Below, piece by piece: positions 13,016 to 27,165 of a stretch of 64,000 nucleotides of DNA (position 1 is the first letter of the stretch; each line of letters starts with the position of its first letter). Source of the stretch: Chiloscyllium plagiosum (lineage: Eukaryota). Under the pieces are notes generated by a model, which worked only from the letters and a program-made list of their open reading frames with translations, made no database searches and was not told the origin of the DNA. The position numbers and the translations under genes are program-made. The DNA is taken from assembly GCF_004010195.1 (NCBI RefSeq), contig NC_057718.1, positions 41,263,208 through 41,327,207 of the forward strand, read 5' to 3'.

Positions 13016-14521
13016 TATGTGCCATGAGAAAGGTTTATTTTTGGTTCCTCTCCTACTACGACCACAGTGAAGGGCAATGTGCACCATGAGCTGGCACCAT
13101 GTGACCTGGTTCACCAGGAATTCTGGGAGGACCCAGCAGTGGCAAGTATTCCTGAGAGGGAAAATTGAAGAAACTGTAACTCTAACCACTCAGATGTAAT
13201 ATCCATTCTCACTGTATTTTACTGCTGTTACTTCTCTTCCTTAAATGGTTCATTTGAATTTTGTTGAAGGAAGATTTCGTTGTTTGTCAATGCAGTTGAT
13301 TACACTGCTCAGTGTTTTGAATTGTGCAGTGACCTTAATTTTATTGAATGTTGAATCTTTAGCGAGTTTGCAAAATTTAATTGTTACTTTTTGTCATTGT
13401 ACTTCATTAATTGCAAGATAATGAAGGTGAATTGTTACTAAAGGTTTATCATTGGGAAGATTGTTGATTTAAGTAAAATTTTTAACTTCTGTTTTCTTAA
13501 ATTCCTTCCAGAATTTTAAATTATGCTTTGTTAATTAATCTTGAAAATACTCAATAAGTTTCAGAATTATACTTCTGTTTCTGTGGAAAACTTATTTTCA
13601 TACATTTAAAGCTCACTGAAAGGTTTTAAAATCAAAAAAAAATCTGTCTTTATATGCTATCAAAATGAAGGAAACGATTGTAAATTTTTACCTTTTCCCT
13701 TCTTCCTCTTAGTGACTATCATGCCCCTTTTAACAATATGGATATTTCAAACTCCTCCATGGGATTTGTGCCTTTTTAAACCAAAATAAGGTGTGTTATT
13801 TTCTGCCGTTACAATTATTTTCAGTTGCACAATAAAAATTCATTTTTACTACAAAACTGTGATTTTTAATGAATTCTTATGGTATCTTCAACTTTATCAT
13901 ACTTTGCCATACTTTTTAAATGTATGCTTCACAATTTTCTCGACAAGTATCCTTTTATTATTAAAGATGTCTTTTGCCGATTTTGCATATAAATTGTAAA
14001 GGATTGTAATGATCCTCATTTACTAAATGTAATGATTTAAGTCATCCTTTAGCTTCACAGCCTAGACTGTTTTCTTTAATGTAAGGCTTTTCACCCTTCC
14101 TCAAAAGGGCCTTAACTTATTTCAGGTGTTTGATATCAACATCTTTTTCCCAGGTTTATGAATCAGATTTTTCACCTTTTTTTGCAATACTCTTAGTAGT
14201 CTTCTGAAGAGTTTTCAGTTTACTTCACTTTTTCCAGCTGTTTTGAGCTTCTGTATGTAGGCTTAACACTATTGCTATTTCTGCAACCTTTTGAATTATT
14301 GGTTACTGCTTTCATAGACCATGACTGGCTCTGTTTGCTTTTAAGCTGCTAAAGATTTAAAGATGCACATTGTTTTCTGACTGGCATTTATTCTTCTTTA
14401 TTCTCTTAGGATAGCTTTTGGAGAGCTCAGGATTTCTTCAGGACAATGCCACGGTCAGCATGTTATATGAGTCAGCAAAGCTCACCTACTACCATAATAT
14501 AGCATAATATAGTATAGTATT

Positions 14522-14678
14522 GACAGAAGTCAGACGACACCTGCTTATAGTCCAACAGGTTTATTTGAAACCGCAAATTTTCAGAGCTTGTGATTTCAAA
14601 TACACCTGTTGGATTATAACCTGGTGCCATCCTTCTTCTGACTTTGTCCATCCCAGTCCAACACTGGCTCCTCCACAA
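14522..14678. mobile_element. Fold-back PLE pLTR remnant
   Basis: ttatagtccaacaggtttatttgaaa ... tttcaaatacacctgttggattataa form inverted arms; same sequence family as 11580-11631. Confidence 0.65.
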
Positions 14679-14773
14679 TATATGTTGTTGTATCCATCGA
14701 TGCCATCTGTGATACATTGGGCAGATTCACTGTCAGCAATCCTCCTTATTGATATTAGTCTAAGTTACTATTT

Positions 14774-15030
14774 GGGCGGCACTGCTGCCTCACAGCGCCA
14801 GGGCGCCGGGTTCAATTCCCAACTTGGGCAACTGTCTGTGTGGAATTTGCACATTCTCCCCGTGTCTGTGTGGGTTTTCTCCAGGTGCTCCGGTTTCCTC
14901 CCACAGTCCAAAAATGTGCAGGTTAGGCGAATTGGCCATGCTAAATTGCGTTAGGTGCATTAGTTAGGGAAATGGGTCTGGTTTGTTGGGCCGAAGAGCC
15001 TGTTTCCACACTGTAGGGAATCTAATCTAA
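14774..15030 (+). mobile_element. HE1-type V-SINE with internal deletions
   Basis: GGGCGGCAC start with the A-box region deleted; B box GGTTCAATTCC, V core and AATCT tail present. Confidence 0.88.
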
Positions 15031-16942
15031 TATTACGGATACCAAATATGGAAAGATGTCCTCTCAAAGCCATCGATAGAAGCAATGCTGACTCTTGCTG
15101 AATAGAGGTTTAAAGATTGGGGGAGATTCCAATGCTACGGGTGACCTCCATTGAAGGCATCTCCTGCTCACCTCAGAAACCTGAGCCTCTTTGTCCACCT
15201 TACTTTTGCCTTCTTGTACTGCATATAGTACAGCAGCAGCAGCAGAAATGGATTGAGGTCCTTCAATGATCATTTAATGGCCTGTTAAATCACTCAATAG
15301 GCCCAAGGCAGACTGTCTGTCCACTGTAATTTGGGACTCATGTCAGGGGAGGGTAGGAATACACTGGGCAGGCCGCTCATTTGGTTTTGCTAGTTTCCCC
15401 ACCTTAAAAGACATCAGCGGAGGAGTCGGGAGTGCCCTGAGATTCACCCCCATTCACCCCTGTGGGCTGAATTTTGTTGAGGAATTCAGCAGGAAGTGGT
15501 GGAATATCGCATTTTTAGATCAAATACAGAATTGGCTGTTGGAGGAAAGGGAGTGAGTGAGTCCCTCATGAGGTTTTAGCTTAACTGGGGTCCAGTAAAA
15601 CATGTCTGTTCCTCGCAGACCAACGGAGGAAGTGAAAAGAACGTACCTGTTGTCTGAGCTATATCTGGACCCAAGCCTCTGTTCCATGCTCTGGCTTAAA
15701 GGCCACAGCAACATTTCCAACTTAGGCAGAAGTCCTCAATGCCTTGCATGGACAGAGGCTAAAATCAGGAAGACTCAGCACCCATCAGCATTGAGGGTGG
15801 GCAGGAACTGATATAATTTGAACTGCTCACCAGTTCCCATCAGGCAGGTCATCTTAAAATGACCCTTCCTGATTTTAAAAATAGGGTTGATCGGTGTTTG
15901 AAGGAGAAGGGGTTAAAGAGACATAGGAGAAAAGCAAGCTGATGAGATGAACTGTTCAAATAAAAGTTAAACATTACCAGTAATTGGATGGCCCACTGAG
16001 TGCTTGTTCCTATATTGTAATTGCTGCTTAATGAGATGAGACAACATGACTGTGGAAAAAAAACATTGAAATCCCCTCGGGTGGAGTTGGCATGAGCAAG
16101 AATGAATTATTAGGATCATCTGCAAATCATATACAAAGCTAAGTATCTGTCCACCTGAGTTATATGTACGGCACATCTTGAAAACAGTGGATGGAAGTGC
16201 TCCATTACTGATGAAAAATTGCATTGAGGTATTTGAAGTATTGCATTGAAGTATCTGTCCAATACTCTAAAACAAAGATCAGAATATGAGAAGCACTGTG
16301 ACACACAGGGCTCTCTGATGATCAAACATCATTTAATAGTGATTTTGAGTGGGAAGAAAAATCAGGTTCACATTACAGGACAGCTGCAGCTAGTGGGACA
16401 TAAAGTTCACCTGGCTGAAATTTTGCGTGAGTTTTCTTGGTAATGCAATCATGGAAAATATAGTTTACTACCACGGTAATGCCAGTTGTTAGTGAGTTTA
16501 ACAGCATTTTATAGCAATTTCTAATAAATAGTTAGACAATAAATTTACGTATATTTGAATGCGTAAATTTGACTCAATATTCCACAATGTGTTGAAACTG
16601 TTATGGAGCATGACAATGATTTAATTTTAAGCATGATCAAAGGGCTCACAAAGAATGGAGTCAGGATCCGAGTAGGGTCAGGGTCTGATATTTTTGGGTT
16701 GTAGAGTTCAGATCAAGTTACAAACGCTATGCTTCTGCGATAACAGGTTCTCACTCTCACAGTACTCCCTGAGGAGTGACAATCAGTTATAAGCATCAAA
16801 ACGGGGTTACCGTGAGAAAACAATTGTGGAATGTCTGTGTGGAGTTTTCTAACCTAAACCAAGGACTCACAAAGGGAAATGAGAATTGCTGACAACCCTT
16901 CCCCATTGTCAATTAAAAGGGTTCTCATTTCAGATCACTGAA

Positions 16943-19010
16943 TCAGAGCTCCCACCCCTGACCCCGGTTCAGACAGAGCTCCCATCCCTGACCCCAGTTC
17001 AGACAGAGCTCCCACCCCTGACCCCGGTTCAGACAGAGCTCCCACCCCTGACCCCGGTTCAGAGAGAGCGCCCCACGACCCTGGCTCAGACAGAGCTCCC
17101 ACCCCTGACCCCGGATCAGCGGTCCAGACAGAGCTCCCATCCCTGACCCCGACTCAGACAGAGCTCCAAACCCTGACCCCGGTTCAGACAGAGCTCCCAC
17201 CCCTGACCCCGGTCCAGACAGAGCTCCCATCCCTGACCCCGACTCAGACAGAGCTCCCACCCCTGACCCCAGTTCAGACAGAGCTCCCACCCCTGACCCC
17301 GGTCCAGACAGAGCTCCCATCCCTGACCCCGACTCAGACAGAGCTCCAAACCCTGACCCCGGTTCAGACAGAGCTCCCACCCCTGACCCCGGTTCAGACA
17401 GAGCTCCCACCCCTGAGCGTGACTCAGACAGAGCTCCAACCCCTGACCCCGACTCAGACAGAGCTCCCAACCCTGAGCGTGACTCAGACAGAGCTCCCAC
17501 CCCTTACCCGGTTCAGACATAGCTCCCACCCCTTATCCTGGTTCAGACAGAGCTCCAACCCCTGACCCCAGTTCAGACAGAGCTCCCACCTCTGACCCCA
17601 GTTCAGACAGAGCTCCCATCTTGACCCCGGCTCAGACTGAGGTCTCACCCCTAACCCCGGTTCAGACACAGCTCCCACCCCTGACCCCGACTCAGACAGA
17701 CCACCCACCACAGACCCCGGATCAGACAGAGCACCCACCCTTGACCCCTGTTCAGACAGAGCTCACACCCCTGATCCCGACTCAGACAGAGCTCCCACTC
17801 CTGACTCCGGTTCAGACAGACGTTTTTATTTTTATTTTTATTATAGAGTCAGAGATGTACAGCACAGAAACAGACCCTTTGATCCAACCTGTCCATGCCA
17901 ACCAGGTATCCTAAATTTATCTAGTCCCATTTGCCAGCATTTGACCCATATCTCTCTAAACCATTCCATTCATGTACCCATCCACATGCCTTTTAAATGT
18001 TATAATTGTACCCGCCTCCACCACTTCCTCTGGCAGCTCATTCTATACACTTTTCACCCCTGACCCTGGTTCAGACAGAGCTACCACTCCTGACCCCGGT
18101 TCAGAGAGAGCTCCCACGCCTGACCCCGGTTCAGAGAGAGCTTCCACGCCTGACCCCGGTTCAGAGAGAGCGCCTCCCGACCCTGGCTCAGACAGAGCTC
18201 CCACCTCTGACCCCAGTTCAGACAGAGCTCCCACCTCTGACCCCAGTTCAGACAGAGCTCCCATCCTTGACCCCGGCTCAGACTGAGGTCTCACCCCTAA
18301 CCCCGGTTCAGACACAGCTCCCACCCCTGACCCCGACTCAGACAGACCACCCACCACAGACCCTGGATCAAACAGAGCACCCACCCTTGACCCCTGTTCA
18401 GACAGAGCTCACACCCCTGACCCCGGTTCAGACAGAGCTCCCCAGCTGACGCCAGGTCAGTCAGAGCACCCACCCTTGACCTCGACTCAGACAGAGTTCT
18501 CACTCCCAACCCCGGTTCAGACAGAACTCCCAGCCCTGACTCCGGTTCAGACAGAGCTCCCACCCCCGACTCCGATCCTTACACAGCTCCCACACCTGAC
18601 CCTGGTTCAGACAGAGCTCCCACCCCTGACCCCAATCCAGACAGAGCTCCCACCGACCCCGATCCGGACACAGCACCCACCCCTGACCCCGATCCAGACA
18701 CAGCTCCCACCCCTGAGTGCGACTCAGACAGAGCTCCCACCCCTGACCCCAATCCAGACACAGCTCCCACCCCTGATCCCAGTTCAGACAGAGCTCCCAC
18801 CCCTGATCCCAGTTCAGACAGTGTTCCCGCTCTTGACCCCGACTTAGACACAGCTCCCACCCCTGACCCCGGTTCAGACAGAGCTCCCACCCCTGAACCC
18901 GGTTCAGACAGAGCTCCCCACCTGACCCTGGCTCAGACAGAGCTCCCACCCCTGACCCCAGTTCAGACAGAGCTCCCACCCTGGACCACGGTTCAGACAG
19001 AACTCCCACG
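16943..19010. repeat. 30-bp GC-rich minisatellite (consensus CAGACAGAGCTCCCACCCCTGACCCCGGTT), interrupted at about 17821-18055
   Basis: Dozens of tandem units are directly visible; they generate the repetitive ORFs (PPLTPVQTEL / GSGVGALSEP). Confidence 0.97.
17841..18052 (-). mobile_element. CR1 3'-end fragment inside the minisatellite
   Basis: Reverse complement matches the CR1 3' end at about 24950-25170 (gaatgagctgccagaggaagtggtggagg). Confidence 0.85.
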
Positions 19011-20752
19011 TGTCATCCTTGTTTGGAATCCCTGTTGGAAAGTAACTACGGTAGATATCTTGTTAGGGCTGGATAGGTTTTACTTGGATTAACTTCAGCA
19101 AACATTGAAGTCTCACATGTCACAGCAGTCAATTAAGGAGAGAGAAGAGGACTGTGAGCACTTGTGGAATCCTGCCCTATAACAATCAATAGATTGAGTA
19201 AGTAAAAGGAGAAAATTGAATGGTTAGTGCAAACGAGGTGCAACCTTTCCAGTAGCTGCCAGGATTAAACTTTTCATTAAAATATTGTTTATCGCAATTC
19301 AAACATGTCGATTCAGTTACACCACTGAATAAAGAAAAATCCTTTCAAAAGTAATTAAAAAGTAATTTCCTGTTCCCTTTCTTCCTTTTTGGGTGATTAT
19401 CAAAAAGAATGAGTTATTAAATGTCATGGTCCTGCAATTTGACCTAAATCACATGATAGGATAATGCTTTGTTAGTTCTCCCCTTCGTAAAGAATAAGAA
19501 ATGCAGAATAAGAATTTCTCCCTGTGGTCTGTTGAATTAGTTTATCCAGAGTAAATTAACAATGGATTTATGTTTAACTACCTTAAAATGTTAATCAAAA
19601 TCTTGAAAATATAGTAAACAATGGTTAACCCTACAGCCCATTGTATGTGGTTATAAAATGATACTCTTCAGTCATTACATAAAATAATAATGATGTCATC
19701 TCACACTCATGAAAATTGCTAGAGCAGATTAGCTCTGTAATGCCCTTATTTGTCCTGTTCTTGGAATGTCTAAGTGACTGCATAGTTGTGTGGTCCATCT
19801 TATCAGTAGTTCTTCATCCCACACGTTTGCAGATATTTGTTGGGTGCGGCCCTTTTCCACACATTATTGCTTAGGGAATAGGCAGTCAGCCCTCTCAGAC
19901 CCTTACTAGTAACTGTTCTTTTATGGCTTGATAAAGACAAAGGAATGGAATCACAATGGTCGCATGGTATGTAAAAATCTGACTCTTACACAAATATTTC
20001 TCTAATTGCTTATATTATTGCCATAAAGAAGCCTATTTATGTCAGGAATCCATTAATGACAGGAAGAGACATTGCCTACCAATTCATACATGCAAAAATA
20101 TTTCAGCACAATCAATCCTTATTGCTCCTGATTATGTGGAATGTGGAATTCTAAAGGCATTAAACAATCTTGAAAGATGAAATTATTCACATTACTCTTG
20201 ACCAAGTTTACAATTTTGCTTCAAAACTGAAATCAGAATAGACATAATTAGTGTTCCTGCAGATGTTATTGTGGAAATGATGAGAAGCTGTGTATTAAAT
20301 TTGTCAGAGAAACATTGCTTACAGACTTCAGGCGAGGTAGCTGAACAGATTGCAAAATATGGAGGCAAAATCCTATCACTACCATGCATAAATTCAGCAG
20401 CAAAAATTCTACACTTTATAGGATGCCCTTGAATGATACAAATTTATACTAAAGCATTTTACCAGATGGCCGTAGATTATTTTCTTCTCCACAAAATGTC
20501 AAAGGCAACCTATAATAATGACACTCAGGGCATCTTGAAAAACATTAACTCTGCTGAAATTACTCATAACCCCACAGCCAACATTCTATGACAGGGATGA
20601 AATTCAAGAATTGTCTTCAATTACTCAGGGAGAAACTTAACAGTGTGAGAGCAGAGAAGCTGAGTAATTCAGTATTAAGAATATAACTCTTAAAAGGACA
20701 AGGAAACCAGACTCCCAAAGGCTGTGTTTATACCCAGGTACTTCCATCATGT

Positions 20753-20880
20753 GGGTGGTCTGATGGTGCAGTGGGTGTGTCCCTGCCTCTGAGTCAAGCT
20801 CTAGATTTAAGACCCAGCCCAAGACATTGTAGCCAAGAAAGATGCATTCACAATGCTGCCAAAGAGGTTGATTGAAATCC
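20753..20880 (+). mobile_element. Short degenerate tRNA-derived SINE
   Basis: A-box-like TGGTGCAGTGG, then ctgcctctgag ... gttgattgaaat; similar layout to 9235-9348. Confidence 0.4.
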
Positions 20881-21103
20881 TGCAAATCCTTACAATTTTG
20901 GCCAATAGTGGGCAATATGAGTGGGTGAGATTATTAGTCAGCCATGTAATGGGAAGGCATTTGGAGCCACTACCATGACATGAGACTACAACCCGCATAG
21001 AAAAATCCAAACTCCATTGTTATAATCCCATTTGTTGGTAATACTGGACAAGACTGATCCCAGAGTCAAATGTAGCTCAATAGATAATAAATTTAAATGT
21101 ATT

Positions 21104-21315
21104 ACAACCAAAACAGAAATTGCTAGAAAAGCTCAGCAGATCTGGAAGCGTCTGTGGAAAGAAATCAGAGTTAATGTTTCAGGTCGAGTGACCCTTCCTC
21201 AAAATGGGTCACTCAACCGAAACATTAACTGTAATTTCTTTCCACAGATGCTGCCAGACCTTGTGAGCTTTTCCAGCAATTTCTGTACAAGTTCCTGATT
21301 TTTTCAGTTTTTATT
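21104..21315. mobile_element. Fold-back mini PLE (two inverted pLTR halves)
   Basis: cagaaattgctagaaaagctcagcagatctgg...gtgaccc pairs with gggtcac...ccagaccttgtgagcttttccagcaatttctg. Confidence 0.75.
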
Positions 21316-23489
21316 TAAACGTTTTGGTTGGTTACTATGATAGTTAGCCACCAAACATGTTCAGACAACACTGCCAATGTGCTTTAATAAAAGAACGCAA
21401 GTTTATTACACAAAGAAAGCAAACAAAGCTATACATATGACAAATTATGAAGAGTTTAACATAAACAACTCAACAAAGTTTCAACCTGTTTCACACAAAT
21501 ATCTCACAGAGACACACAGTCTCAGTGAACTGTCACTCCTGTCCTCTTTAATTTCTTACTTTACTGACTCTATCCAGTTTGATGGTTAGATCTTGCCAGT
21601 TCTAATGGTTTAAATCACTTTTCAGTACTAACAGCTTGGAAGGGTCCCCACAAACTCTCACAGCTTGGAGACCTCAAAGTAAAAACCTGTTGCCAGTGTG
21701 AAACTGTTCACCTCAACTGAAATCTGATTCTGAACTGAAACTTAGTAATGATGTCTGGATAATTTTCTCAGTATGCCATTGAAGTTCAACTTTGTAAACA
21801 CTTTATCAGCTAATGCCACAGGTACCCTTGCAAGGTACCTAACTAAATCATATGCTGTCTTGGAAATGTCGAGCCTGATTTTCTGAGGAGTAGCAAATGT
21901 CATCAGTCTATCACCCTGCTCCTACTTGTTTTCAATTAAGGAAGAACTCGTCATTTCTGTCAGCAGATTCCAATCACAGTGGCTTCAGAAGTGTGGATGT
22001 ACCTGAAGTCTGATGGTGCAGGATAGTTGGGGCAAGTCAAAACTCACCCTCTTTTGTCAGAATCAGTGTGTCGTATTCTGAGAGTTAAATGCACACTACT
22101 GCAACCAGACACTTTGACAACTGCTGTGAAATACCAAGAAGGTAAGATATGCATGGAGTTATGGTTGCAGTTCTTGAGGGGTTAGGGTGCCAGGTGTAGG
22201 ATGCCAGGTGGTTGAGTGTCAGTCCCTTGGTAGATTTTCAGGTAAGTGATGAAATGCTTAGGGTTGATTCGCAAGGGAGCGGAAGTGTGGGTTCAGGCTA
22301 TTGTGGCAGAAGGAATTGTCCAAGCTGGTTGGCAAAGGGATTGTTGGGACTAGTAGGCAAAGGGGTGACTTGTTGGAGGTTTTCAGGACTGAAGGGTGAT
22401 GTGGGTGGATGGAATGGGATTTGTTGGCTCTGAAGAGCAAGGAGGTTGCTGTCTGACCTGCTGTGCTTTTCCAGCACCACACTCACGACTCTGATCTCCA
22501 GCATCTACAGTCTACACTTGGTGCTAGTGGTAAAGGAGCAGGTGGGTGAGGGGAGTGACCGTTGGGAGGGGGCTGTTGAGCCAGCAAAGGAGGGTATTGG
22601 GGACAGGGGGTGAGGAGGTGGCCAGAGAGGGGGTGAGTGCTGAGACTGCAAAGTGAGGGAATGATTGGCGTAGATGAATGGAGGATGTCAGGGATGGTGG
22701 AAGTCCCAAGGGTTTGAGCAGTGGCTGAAGCTAGGTGCTGGGCCCAGGGGGTGTGTTAGAATTGTGCTGGGTTGGTATGGTCTGGTTAGGGGCTATAATT
22801 GTCAAAAGTTCTAAAGGTTTACATAAACGGGGAGCTAAGTTTGGGAGTTAGCTTGATCATTAATCAAGAGTTACCCAGGACTAGATTTTTAATCATTGAA
22901 TCTTTGCTGGGTAAATATGAATTTGCCAGAGGTAGAAACCTCCAGATTCTACAAATTTAAGATTTTTTTAAAGTGTTCAAGATGCAGGGGAATTGCACTT
23001 TGGAAATTTCAATTTTACAGGCAATTCTCATGGAATCAGCTCCATCCGAGATTCTGCAGAGTCATGACCATTTGGCTATTGGAATATTTGGGCCAATGTC
23101 TTTAATTCACTGTTCCAAGTGACTTTCTGACCACTTACAAAAAAAAAAGACTTTTATCTATTCAGCACTGAAACTGCACATCTCCTTTGCAACCCAAACT
23201 CCCAAAATGATATTAATATTTTGCACATCTCTATCACACCATGTTGCCAAATCAACACAGTCCCTGCTCGATCTCTGATGTGCCATCTCCACTTCCATCA
23301 CTTCAAGGTAGATTCAGACTAAATATGGCCTTCAGTCTACATAATCGTATCTGTCCAGAATAGCACCTTTACTATGCTCTCATTATGGAATCTAATTTTT
23401 TCTACTTTCTTAGTTTCAAAGAATGATTATAACAATTGATTTAAGGTGTTGAGTAACGTCTTAACAAATGATTCATTTTCAAGGAAAGG

Positions 23490-23769
23490 TGGGCACTGCA
23501 GGGAGTAGAGTGTATTATTTCCCCCTCCAATTGTATTTTGATTTGATCCCTGCCCTCCCCCTCACTGTTTGATCATGCAGCATTACCCACTAAGAAGGGC
23601 ACTGCTTTTCACTGGCCATTTGGGAGTTTTCTTTCTTCCTGGTGGTGGAAATTGAATAAAGATTTGTACACCTGTTGTCTTTCACTGTGTCTTACGCCTG
23701 CACACACACAACATGTTTATTGGGGAAAATATAAGCACTACCGCAGTTAGGAAAAAAAGAAAAAAAAAC
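23490..23769 (+). mobile_element. Probable 3' end of a poly(A)-tailed non-LTR retroelement (L1/Tx1-like?)
   Basis: AATAAA at about 23655 and an A-rich tail at about 23752-23768; the family assignment is a guess. Confidence 0.35.
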
Positions 23770-24149
23770 AATGATTCATTTTTTTTTCCTGTGATATGAG
23801 CATATTTGAAAATATTAATTTTACCCATGATGCCTCACTCTCTTACTCCCCCTAGTGATCCAACCCGCCAGACTGATACTGGGGATACTTTACAATTGGG
23901 ATTGATTGCAGTCTCAGCAGGGATTAACACTCTAGAGGACCCGATAGAAATGCAGAACTTCCAGCCATTTGATTGTTTGGCAGCTCTTGAAGCCAGGACT
24001 TTGACCTCAGTTGGGAGCAATAGGCCTGGTTTGGACCAATTAGTGGTTCGCCAAGCATGTGTAGGTTGGTCGCACCAACATTTTCACTAGGAATGTGGGA
24101 TCTCTAGCACAGCATAAAATTCCACCTTGATATCAGGCTATTTCAGGTT

Positions 24150-24265
24150 TCTGATGAAGGGTCCAAAATCTGAATAGGTACTGTCTATAGATATTGCCTG
24201 ACTTACTATTCCCAGCATTTTCTGTTTATATTTCAGATTTCCAACATCTGCAGTTTTGTACTTTT
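24150..24265 (+). mobile_element. Degenerate pLTR fragment
   Basis: CTGATGAAGGG... followed by tttcagatttccaacatctgcag, as in PLE ends. Confidence 0.55.
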
Positions 24266-24476
24266 GTGCTGGTGTACCTCTTTAGCGAGATACTAGGTGG
24301 CTGCCATCACCCGTGAAATGGTATCCTTATGTGAGGCATTCTTTTCATGAGCAGAATGGAGGAAATGGAGCAAGAGAAAAATCTCAACACTTTGAAAACA
24401 ATTGCTTTTGATCATTTTAGCATTGGTCTAATTGGATCAGAATCCTGACAAGACCAGGTAAGGCAAGATGCCCGAT

Positions 24477-25176
24477 CCCCTTGAAAGTGGAGTCGCAGGT
24501 AGATAGGGTAGTGAAGCAGGGGTTTGGTATGCTTTCCTTTATTGGTCAGAGTATTAAGTACAGGAGTTGGAAGGTCATGTTGTGACTGTACAGGACATTG
24601 CTTAGGCCACTTTTGGAATATTGTGTGCAATTCTAGTCTCCTTCCTATCAGAAGGATGTTGTGAAACTTGAAAGGGTTCAGAAAAGATTTACAAGGATGT
24701 TGCCATGGTTGGAGGATTTAAGCTAGTGGGAGAGGTTGAATAGGCTAGGGCTGTTTTCCCTGGAACATCGGAGGCTGAGGGGCAACCTTATAGAGGCCTA
24801 TAAAGTCATGAGGGGCATGGATAGGATAAATAGACAAAGTCTCTTCCCTGGGGTCGGGGAGTCCAGAACTAGAGGGCATAAGCTTAGGGTGAGAAGGGAA
24901 AGGTATAAAAGTGACCTGAGGAGCAACTTTTTCATGTAGAGGGTGGTATGTGTATGGAATGAGCTGCCAGAGGAAGTGGTGGAGGCTAGTACAATTGCAA
25001 CATTTAAAAGGCATCTGGATGGGCATATGAGTAGGAAGGGTTTGGAGGAATATGGGCCAGGTGCTGGCAGGTGGGACTAGATTGGGTTGGGATATCTGGT
25101 TGGCATGGATGTGTTGGACTGAAGGGTCTGTTTCCATGCTGTACATCTCTATGACTCTGTGACTCTATGACTCTAT
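24477..25176 (+). mobile_element. CR1 LINE 3' portion
   Basis: RPLLEYCVQF, LFSLEHRRLRGNL, RTRGHKL and VWNELP motifs; (CTATGACT)n tail. Confidence 0.92.
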
Positions 25177-26699
25177 CTCTGTGCTGCTCTGACGATGACA
25201 TCCTTGGAAGTGAGATGATCGCTGGGAGTGGCAGTCAAATCGAGTACTTTGCCAGAAACACCATGCCTACATTCTCCTGTCTCCTGTATTCTGTTGTGTT
25301 ACTAGCACTGGAGCTCATCCTTGGGCTAATTGAGGCCTTCAAGAGATTGTTGCAGGCTGTCTTTCCATCTGGCCCCAGCAAGACCCTGAACTTGCCTTAT
25401 CCTGGGCCCCTGGCTCCTCATTGTTAGGAGACTCAATATAGTCCCAGCACCAGCAGAGGTCACCACTCTATTTAATTGACCAGCAACTCCAGTGGTGGAA
25501 AGAACTTTACTTCATACCAATTAATGACACCCCACATTTGGGGTAAATTTCAACACTAAATCATGAAGCGATAGAAAATGAACCTATCCCTTCCTGTTGT
25601 TAACCTAAGTGTTGAAAAAAAATGTTGATGAAAATAGATCATTCCACGCTGGAATCGTATTGGCACTTAGACTGTGAATAGTCGGGGTGATCATGTTTAC
25701 AATTTGTGAAGAAGCACTTGAAGAAATTTTGGTGACTGCTGTGCACAAGGAAAACTTAGTGATAAGCGAGTGGACTGAAACTAAAACCACAATGGAAAAG
25801 AAAATTAATGATGGAAAACGATAGGGAAGGTACTTGTAGGTGGCTGTGATCAGAACCCTCCCTTCCTCCACAAATACGCCCTCGCTGAATTCCACAGTGA
25901 CTAAATTAACCACAATCTGTTCCGGGGTGGAAAATCTAACTTTGCAACAAATTGCATTGTTTGAGATTCCTGCCAGATTATGAGGTAATGCTTCAGAATG
26001 TGATGCAAAAACAAGTTGCCAGACAGGAATCTTTATGCTGCCCATGCACATTGGGTTGAAACAGCACTGTGATACAGTCCACCTGTTTTAGCTACACACA
26101 TTGCAAAGATAAAGGATATTTCAATGGTATCTTTGATTATAATTCTTATGTTCTCACCCTCATACAAACAGAAAAACTGAGTTATTATAGTCATAACTAT
26201 TTTGAGTGATTTAAAGAATGGCATTACATTTCATATATGATGTATTGTGTTCTCAAGTCTCCTGTAATTTTCTTTTAGCAATGCCAAATCAATTATCTTA
26301 TTATTATCCTATGCCTTTCATGACAACATTATTCACAAGGTTCTGTATCATAATAACCAGGCTGTGCAAACCAGGGGCTTGTGTATTATTTTAAATTATT
26401 GTATAAATACTGTAAGTTGACCAGATAAGGCTGTTTTCCATTTTGTGTGCAGCATGGAACTTCAACAATATTATTAAGTGAAAATTAATGGCATCTAGAA
26501 GGTCTGAGTTCCAGTTTATTAGCCATGGCTGGTATTGGACATATCCCCAATGCTGACAGTGGCAACAATATCAATAGAGAAGGCAGAATGATTGATATGA
26601 AATTGGGTTTGATGAGCTTTAAACACTTGTCTCATTGTTCAATCCAGGAAAAGAAGCCACAGCTATATAAGAAAATACTAGATCAGACAACTAAAAGCA

Positions 26700-27152
26700 T
26701 GGTCCACAGAGGTTTGTTTTTTAAGAGTGTCTTTGGCAACAAAAATTAAATAGACAGGCAGAGGGGCATAGGGAGGGAATTCTAGAAATTCAAGACAATG
26801 GAATTCAACGAGCATAGATGCCTCAGAGAGTTGTAGGGCTAGAGGATATTAACCACAGGTTATAGATGAATGGAAACTGGGTGTAGGGAAAGACATGGGA
26901 AGCAGTTTTGAAGGCTAGAGTGTGAGGGTGAACCAGGAGTGTGTTGGAATAACTGACATCACTGAAGATTTCAGCAGCTAGTATGCTATAGTAGGTGTGA
27001 AGTCATTGAAGGTGATAGTAGGTCTTTCCATGACATGAATGTGAGTTTGCAAGCTCATCTTGGATTCATAACCAAGGCAGCAAAGAGGCTTAAAGAGGCT
27101 TAACGCCAGACTGTTGCCAGAGTAAACTGACTGATAACCACTGCTCCAAGCC
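26700..27152 (-). mobile_element. Degenerate L2-like LINE fragment; appears to continue after the PLE to about 28880
   Basis: tagggagggaattctag and gttgtagggctagagg motifs shared with other old LINE pieces in the window. Confidence 0.4.
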
Positions 27153-27165
27153 AGTATCAACTCTT

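Noticed and set aside
16886-19009. Long Pro/Thr-rich and Gly/Ser-rich ORFs (mucin-like)
   Set aside because: They arise from a 30-bp tandem repeat open in several frames on both strands, with indel units and an embedded CR1 piece; no gene context.
25605-26051. 148-aa minus-strand ORF
   Set aside because: No recognisable domain or convincing splice context; plus-strand frames contain stops.
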